Source of the DNA: Candidatus Woesearchaeota archaeon
GTDB lineage: Archaea > Nanobdellota > Nanobdellia > Woesearchaeales > ARS49
Direction: 5' to 3'
Assembly: GCA_016203225.1 (NCBI GenBank)
Contig: JACQNC010000006.1
Span: forward strand, 72,552-136,551
DNA: 64,000 nucleotides
Position numbers and translations under genes: made by a program. The notes beneath the pieces are model-generated. The model searched no databases and was not told where the DNA came from. It saw nothing but the letters and a program-made list of their open reading frames with translations. Of this stretch, positions 59,635 through 64,000 are shown in pieces. Positions within the stretch are counted from its first letter, which is position 1; the number at the start of each line of letters is the position of its first letter.

Positions 59635-60374
59635 GGATACCTCGTGAACGTGATCTCGCATGCTTTGTTGAGATTCGTGGCAGGCGTGATGAAGACCATA
59701 CTATACCCGCTTTCGGCGGATTCAACACCACTCCAGGTAAGCCCTCCTCCCGCGACTTGCACCAATCGCCGTTCTGTGCTTGCCCAATGCACGACCGCGT
59801 AAGGCGTTCCCTTGACTAGAGCGTCGACATAAACAACCTTGTTTGCATTCGGCTCAATCGCGTCGGTAAACAAGAACTCAGGATTTGCTCCTGGCGCGCT
59901 CTTGCTCAGATACTCATAATACGTCTCTCCACCAGTCATTTTGCTACGTTTCATCCACGCGAGGATGTCGCTCGTCTCGATGCCCGCCTCGTCCTTTGGC
60001 AGGTTGAACGTTGAACAGACAAAACAGGCATCAATGCCGTTGAAAAAATCCCCCTTCCAGGGCACGCCTCCTAACTCCCCGAACTGGAAGCGACACTCAT
60101 AAAGGTACCGCGCGACTTGCGATGCCATCTCGTCGGTGTACTTCGCAGACTCTCCCGAATAGTCCAATGTTCCCACGTCCCGCGTGAAGCAACTGTTGAG
60201 ATTGACGAACTGTTTGCTCTTGATCGCGAGCGCCACGTTGCTCTTGCACGCATTTAGATCCACCTGGCCGCGGCCCTTGCCGATCACGCTGTACGCGACG
60301 CCACCGAGCACCAAGCCGCCCGCAACCGCGAGGATGATGGCGACGAGAGCCGTCTCGGCGATGGCCTTGCGCAT
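59631..60374 (-). CDS. pilin-like protein, paralog of 58789..59634
   Basis: Start at the ATG at 60374 (the track starts at a GTG one codon earlier). The N-terminus is MRKAIAETALVAIILAVAGGLVLGGVAY, followed by YECRFQFGE...DACFVCSTFN...GGETYYEYL. Confidence 0.65.
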   Translation of the reverse strand: MRKAIAETALVAIILAVAGGLVLGGVAYSVIGKGRGQVDLNACKSNVALAIKSKQFVNLNSCFTRDVGTLDYSGESAKYTDEMASQVARYLYECRFQFGELGGVPWKGDFFNGIDACFVCSTFNLPKDEAGIETSDILAWMKRSKMTGGETYYEYLSKSAPGANPEFLFTDAIEPNANKVVYVDALVKGTPYAVVHWASTERRLVQVAGGGLTWSGVESAESGYSMVFITPATNLNKACEITFTRYP

Positions 60375-60481
60375 CACGCGCCTCCGAAGAACCGCGACGC
60401 CAGGAAGTAGAACAGCAGAATGAAGAACACCGCCGTGAGGACCAGCATAATCAACTGATCCGTCGACATCCCCTTTTTCAT
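60374..60481 (-). CDS. 35-aa mini-ORF: pilin-leader plus a single TM helix
   Basis: Own translation gives MKKGMSTDQLIMLVLTAVFFILLFYFLASRFFGGA. TGATG overlap with the next gene. TATA box ttttataaa (60502-60510) lies 21 nt upstream of the ATG. Confidence 0.5.
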   Translation of the reverse strand: MKKGMSTDQLIMLVLTAVFFILLFYFLASRFFGGA

Positions 60482-60501
60482 GACGAGAACGCAGGCTATC
60501 G

Positions 60502-60510
60502 TTTATAAAA
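60502..60510 (-). promoter_or_regulatory. TATA box heading the 60481-58789 gene string
   Basis: The minus strand reads ttttataaa, 21 nt upstream of the ATG at 60481. Confidence 0.45.
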
Positions 60511-60521
60511 GGCTTTCGGGC

Positions 60522-60791
60522 TCACGAAAGCTTGCAGCATATACCTGGGCAATCGATCCAACCTTGCGCAGGCACGGGCGTCACAGAATTAGTTCCTGAC
60601 GCACAACTCGTCCCCGACTGGCATTGACCGACCTTGCCGCAGATGCGTTTCTCGGCTTCGGTCTGCAATCCAGAAGTGCCTTGGCCGAACAGGTTGAACC
60701 GTGTGACAAGCAATCCAATCAGCAACAACACAACTATCAACGCGATGACGAGCGCGACTACTACACCTATGGACATATCGCCGCGTTTCAT
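60522..60791 (-). CDS. Cys-rich mini-pilin 3 (C-C-C-C-CC framework)
   Basis: Trimmed to MKRGDMSIGVVVALVIALIVVLLLIGLLV (ATGA overlap). The tail is ICGKVGQCQSGTSCASGTNSVTPVPAQGWIDCPGICCKLS. Confidence 0.7.
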   Translation of the reverse strand: MKRGDMSIGVVVALVIALIVVLLLIGLLVTRFNLFGQGTSGLQTEAEKRICGKVGQCQSGTSCASGTNSVTPVPAQGWIDCPGICCKLS

Positions 60792-61042
60792 GAGGTCGCG
60801 ATGCAACAGTAGCCGTTGCCCTTGATCGGCGGCGTCTTACCGTCGTCACAATTAACAGTAGGAATAGCTGACGCCTGCTCGCACTTCACCGCGGAATCAG
60901 CGCAGTAACCCTTGCACGTGCCGAGCCCTTTGCCGAAGAGCTGCACGCGGCCAGTGAACACGACTATCAACACGACCAGAACTATAAGCGCGATAGCCGT
61001 TATGACGATGACATTAATCGATATCCCTTGAGCGCGCTTCAT
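60788..61042 (-). CDS. Cys-rich mini-pilin 2 (C-C-C-C-CC framework)
   Basis: Trimmed to MKRAQGISINVIVITAIALIVLVVLIVVF (ATGA overlap). The tail is TCKGYCADSAVKCEQASAIPTVNCDDGKTPPIKGNGYCCIATS. Confidence 0.7.
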   Translation of the reverse strand: MKRAQGISINVIVITAIALIVLVVLIVVFTGRVQLFGKGLGTCKGYCADSAVKCEQASAIPTVNCDDGKTPPIKGNGYCCIATS

Positions 61043-61290
61043 TGCACGTTGATGCAGCACGTCTGTGACGCTCCGGAGGTCGTCTCAGGGCAAGTCCACG
61101 CGGCATACGAATTCGTGCCTGACGGACAGTCGCCGACCACGCAACGGCCGCCCTTGTTCTCGCAGTCAGCGCTCTGCTGCGTGAACAATCCGAACCGTCC
61201 CAAGAACACGACGCTGAGCACGACCAGGACGAGCAGCGCGATGGCCGCGACAACGATGACATTGATCGAGATTCCCTGTGCTTTCTTCAT
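61039..61290 (-). CDS. Cys-rich mini-pilin 1 (C-C-C-C-CC framework)
   Basis: Trimmed to MKKAQGISINVIVVAAIALLVLVVLSVVF. GAGGTG lies upstream, and a TATA box ttttatata is at 61328-61336. The tail is DCENKGGRCVVGDCPSGTNSYAAWTCPETTSGASQTCCINVQ. Confidence 0.7.
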   Translation of the reverse strand: MKKAQGISINVIVVAAIALLVLVVLSVVFLGRFGLFTQQSADCENKGGRCVVGDCPSGTNSYAAWTCPETTSGASQTCCINVQ

Positions 61291-61517
61291 ACAGCACCTC
61301 TGTTTGGGCATTTTCCTGGCTCGGTTGTATATAAAACTATCTTGGGGCAGCATCATGCTTGACGACACAGCTTTGACCTGCGGACATCTCCCCGACATGA
61401 GCGTCCCAGGCACGATCGACGTCGTCGCCTTACCGACATTGAAACGACCACGACAACCGTGGCAAATGCAACAGCAGGGGACTGTAACAGATATAAACCT
61501 GGGCACATGGAACCCGA

Positions 61518-62009
61518 TCACACTACCGGACGTTCTGCGCGTTCCTGCACTAAAGCATCGATGAACGCCGGATCGGCCAGGAACTCCTCGCGCTTGAGGT
61601 CGTCTACGACATAGTACACCTCGCAGCCCTTGATGTCATGCTTGGTCTTCAGCTGGTCGAGGAAGTCCTCGAGATCCTTGATGTTGCGGAACACGCACTC
61701 GGCAAGGAAGTCGAACCCGTTGTTGACCTTGTAGAGCGAATTCACCCAGGCGTGCTTCAACAAGTGCTGTCTCAATAGGTCACGGTCCTTGCCCGCTCTG
61801 AGCAATACGTTCGCGCGCGTGCCAAACCCGATCGCGCCGAAGTTCAAGAGCGACACCGTCTTGTGCACGACGCTGCTCTCGTATTCAGCGAGTTTGTCGA
61901 ACAGAGTGCTCACAGGAATGCCGGTCAGCCTGCTCAAGGTCGTGAGCCTGCAGCGCGCGTTGCGCCGGAAATGGCTCAGTATCGTCAAATCCTTTTTGTT
62001 GAGCTGCAT
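61518..62009 (-). CDS. Lrp/AsnC-family transcriptional regulator
   Basis: Trimmed to MQLNKKDLTILSHFRRNARCRLTTLSRLTGIPVSTLFDKL (HTH), with GGAGG upstream. A C-terminal RAM-like domain follows. Confidence 0.7.
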   Translation of the reverse strand: MQLNKKDLTILSHFRRNARCRLTTLSRLTGIPVSTLFDKLAEYESSVVHKTVSLLNFGAIGFGTRANVLLRAGKDRDLLRQHLLKHAWVNSLYKVNNGFDFLAECVFRNIKDLEDFLDQLKTKHDIKGCEVYYVVDDLKREEFLADPAFIDALVQERAERPVV

Positions 62010-62131
62010 CCAACACCTCCGATTTTCCGCTTGTGGCGGAATCTCTACGGTATTATTTCCGGCTGAGAGCATATATTTTTCCGATATACCTTATATATCA
62101 CCTTATATGTATAAGAAATCGAAATGATTAT

Positions 62132-63052
62132 ATGCCAGCACACGCTCCACCACCCATGAAGCGCAAGGTCATCAAGCTCGCCAAGAACACCCTCGTCCTT
62201 TCTTTGCCGGCGGCATGGTGCAAAGCCAACCAGGTGAACAAAGGCGATGAACTCTCATGTGAACACCGCAGCAGCCAACTCACCATCACCAAGAACGCCT
62301 CTGGCAAAAAAGCGACGACAATCGATGGTGACGCGCTCGGCGTGCTCCTCAAACGCGCAATAAACGAGCTCTACCACGCGGGCGTCGACCGCATAACGAT
62401 CCGCGCAACCAAGCCAGAGACGCAGCAACGCCTCGGCGAAGCGCTCAACCAACTCCTCGGCCTCCATGTCGTCGAACAGCGCGCCAGCACCATCATCGTT
62501 GAGGACCTCGCAAAAACCGACCAGGACTGGCCTTCATTGTTCCGCAGATTCCTCCTGTTGATCAAGACGATGTTCGACGACGGCATCGCCGCGATCGAAG
62601 CCAACGACGCGGCTGAATGCGCGGCCATCGCGAACCGCGACACAGACGTCAACAAGTTCGGCCATCTCTGCCTCCGCGCATTGCAGAAGCAACCGTTCGC
62701 GCCCGACGAGACCGCACGGCTCCACACGCTCCTCTACCTCACGGAACAGCTCGGCGACGACCTCAAGAACATCCTACGCAGCCCCGCCGCATCGGCGGTG
62801 CTTCCCGCATTGCCGAGCGCGAACGCGCTCTACGCTGCGGCGACGCATTTCTTCTTCCAACGCACGCTCACGAACGCCCACGCGGTCGCGCACGCGAACG
62901 ACGAAGCGACCCAACGCGCGTCAAAACTCGCGGTCACGAACGAGACCGCCGTGCCGGTGATCCGGCTGCATTCGTTCATCAAAAAAGCGGTGTCCATCCA
63001 AGAACTGTTCTTGCACGAATTGCAGGATGCACACCATGCCACCATTCAATAA
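62132..63052 (+). CDS. AbrB/SpoVT-domain plus PhoU-like regulator (second copy)
   Basis: KRKVIKLAKNTLVLSLPAAWCKANQV is AbrB-type, followed by helical PhoU-like repeats. The start is at 62132, or at MKRKV (62156). Confidence 0.65.
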   Translation: MPAHAPPPMKRKVIKLAKNTLVLSLPAAWCKANQVNKGDELSCEHRSSQLTITKNASGKKATTIDGDALGVLLKRAINELYHAGVDRITIRATKPETQQRLGEALNQLLGLHVVEQRASTIIVEDLAKTDQDWPSLFRRFLLLIKTMFDDGIAAIEANDAAECAAIANRDTDVNKFGHLCLRALQKQPFAPDETARLHTLLYLTEQLGDDLKNILRSPAASAVLPALPSANALYAAATHFFFQRTLTNAHAVAHANDEATQRASKLAVTNETAVPVIRLHSFIKKAVSIQELFLHELQDAHHATIQ

Positions 63053-64000
63053 CAAGTACGAACTCGTCGAACAGCTCGCGACAAGCACGACCAAGACCGT
63101 CTGGAAAGCGTACGACACACTGCAAGGCAGACCGGTCGCGCTCAAGCTCTACCATCATGTCCAAAAATATGACCTGGACACTCTCGTCCGGGCCGAGGCC
63201 GCCGCGCTGACCCGCGTCAGGCACCACCCGAACGTCGCAGAGATCTACGACGCCAACAATGACCAGAAGACAGGCCAGTTCTTCATCGCAGAGGAATACG
63301 CTGAAGGCGAGACTCTCGCGCATTGGCTCGCAACACGCACCTCGATGAACCCGAGCCGCCTACGCAGATTGCGGAGCATCACCCGCGACATCCTGCGCGG
63401 CGTGGACCACATCCATCGCGCAGGCCTCGTGCATGGCGACCTCAAACTCGAGAACATCCTGCTCACGCCCACGGGCGCGAAGATAACTGATTTCGGCTCT
63501 TCGGTCATGAAGGGCCAGAGCGTCAGCACGGGCGCGCTACGATACCACGCGCCAGAATTGATCAAAGACGGCACACGGACGAGCGCAAGCGACATCTGGC
63601 AGGTCGGGATCCTCATGTATCGCGCGACGACGGGCCGATTCCCGTTCGGCATCCCTGAAGAGATGTGGGAACGCATCCCGGCCGACAAGAAAGGCACGTA
63701 CAGAGACGCGGTCCATCGGCAGATCATTGAACAGCACGTCATCGACCCGCGGGCATACAACAGCGACATCTCCCGGCGCATGCGCAACACCATACTCTCC
63801 TGCCTCGAGAAGGATCCTGCGAAGCGACCAAGCGCGCGCAAGGCACGCTGGATGCTCAGACCGTACTGGATGTATGAGGCGACAGGACTCGGACTGCTCC
63901 TCGGTCCTGTGCTCGCGTTCACTCTATGGAACTTCTGGCTCTCCAAACCGGAGACCCCCGAACGAATCTATTACACCTCGCGGATGAGCGGCAACGCTGA
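63036..64000 (+). CDS. Hanks-type Ser/Thr protein kinase with a C-terminal TM helix (3' end beyond the window)
   Basis: Own translation from ATG 63036 gives MPPFNNKYELVEQL...VALKLY...HGDLKLENILL...DFG...YHAPE...DIWQVGILMY, then GLGLLLGPVLAFTLWNFWL. The frame is open to nt 64000. It overlaps the previous gene by 17 nt. Confidence 0.85.
   Translation, partial: MPPFNNKYELVEQLATSTTKTVWKAYDTLQGRPVALKLYHHVQKYDLDTLVRAEAAALTRVRHHPNVAEIYDANNDQKTGQFFIAEEYAEGETLAHWLATRTSMNPSRLRRLRSITRDILRGVDHIHRAGLVHGDLKLENILLTPTGAKITDFGSSVMKGQSVSTGALRYHAPELIKDGTRTSASDIWQVGILMYRATTGRFPFGIPEEMWERIPADKKGTYRDAVHRQIIEQHVIDPRAYNSDISRRMRNTILSCLEKDPAKRPSARKARWMLRPYWMYEATGLGLLLGPVLAFTLWNFWLSKPETPERIYYTSRMSGNA

Noticed and set aside
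1-64000. CRISPR arrays, prophage or integrated elements, transposases and integrases, particularly next to the four tRNAs
   Set aside because: I saw no regularly spaced direct repeats, no integrase, transposase or capsid-like ORFs, and no duplicated tRNA 3' halves. The only tandem DNA repeat is the 27-nt coding repeat in the TRAM gene.

Overview
This is a compact, GC-rich archaeal chromosomal segment. GC content was judged by eye, not computed. Archaeal identity rests on RadA plus RadB, RFC large subunit, MBF1, HerA-Mre11, archaeal-type uS2 and archaeal/eukaryal-type GlyRS. It also rests on a tRNA with a bulge-helix-bulge intron, tRNAs without encoded CCA, and TATA boxes whose proximal edge sits about 21-25 nt upstream of first-cistron start codons. 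A small-genome DPANN-like lineage is only an inference. I call about 80 protein genes and 4 tRNAs: Arg-CCT, an atypical Thr-TGT, Asn-GTT with a 36-nt intron, and Phe-GAA. I saw no rRNA, CRISPR array, transposase or integrase. Housekeeping genes include truD, adk, tag, a YchF-type GTPase, asnS, aspS, glyS, valS, cysS, a YbaK-like deacylase, translin, SSB, RPA, RFC-L, radA, radB, herA-mre11, an NSUN methylase plus NIP7-like PUA protein, uS2, ThpR, a TRAM protein and MBF1. Unusual content is listed below.

1. A PocR-GAF-GGDEF diguanylate-cyclase-like gene sits in archaeal context, next to a DHH/DHHA1 phosphoesterase.
2. A type-IV-pilus-like assembly module (a 756-aa ATPase and a 723-aa polytopic platform) is flanked by coiled-coil proteins and three tandem membrane paralogs.
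3. An 8.4-kb single-strand island (52868-61290) holds 15 genes whose products all start with a pilin-like class III leader. They include four mini-pilins with a shared C-C-C-C-CC framework and two unannotated 35/44-aa mini-ORFs at leaderless positions.
4. Further items are a tandem triplet of uncharacterised soluble paralogs (4428-6043), an oapABC-like GTPase/DUF2073/Zn-ribbon triad, two processive GT2 synthases plus a GT-C enzyme, and candidate operators and hairpins around radA and a phoU-like gene.

Gene packing is extreme, with many ATGA or TGATG start/stop overlaps. Many long ORFs in the track are antisense artefacts of GC-rich coding DNA.
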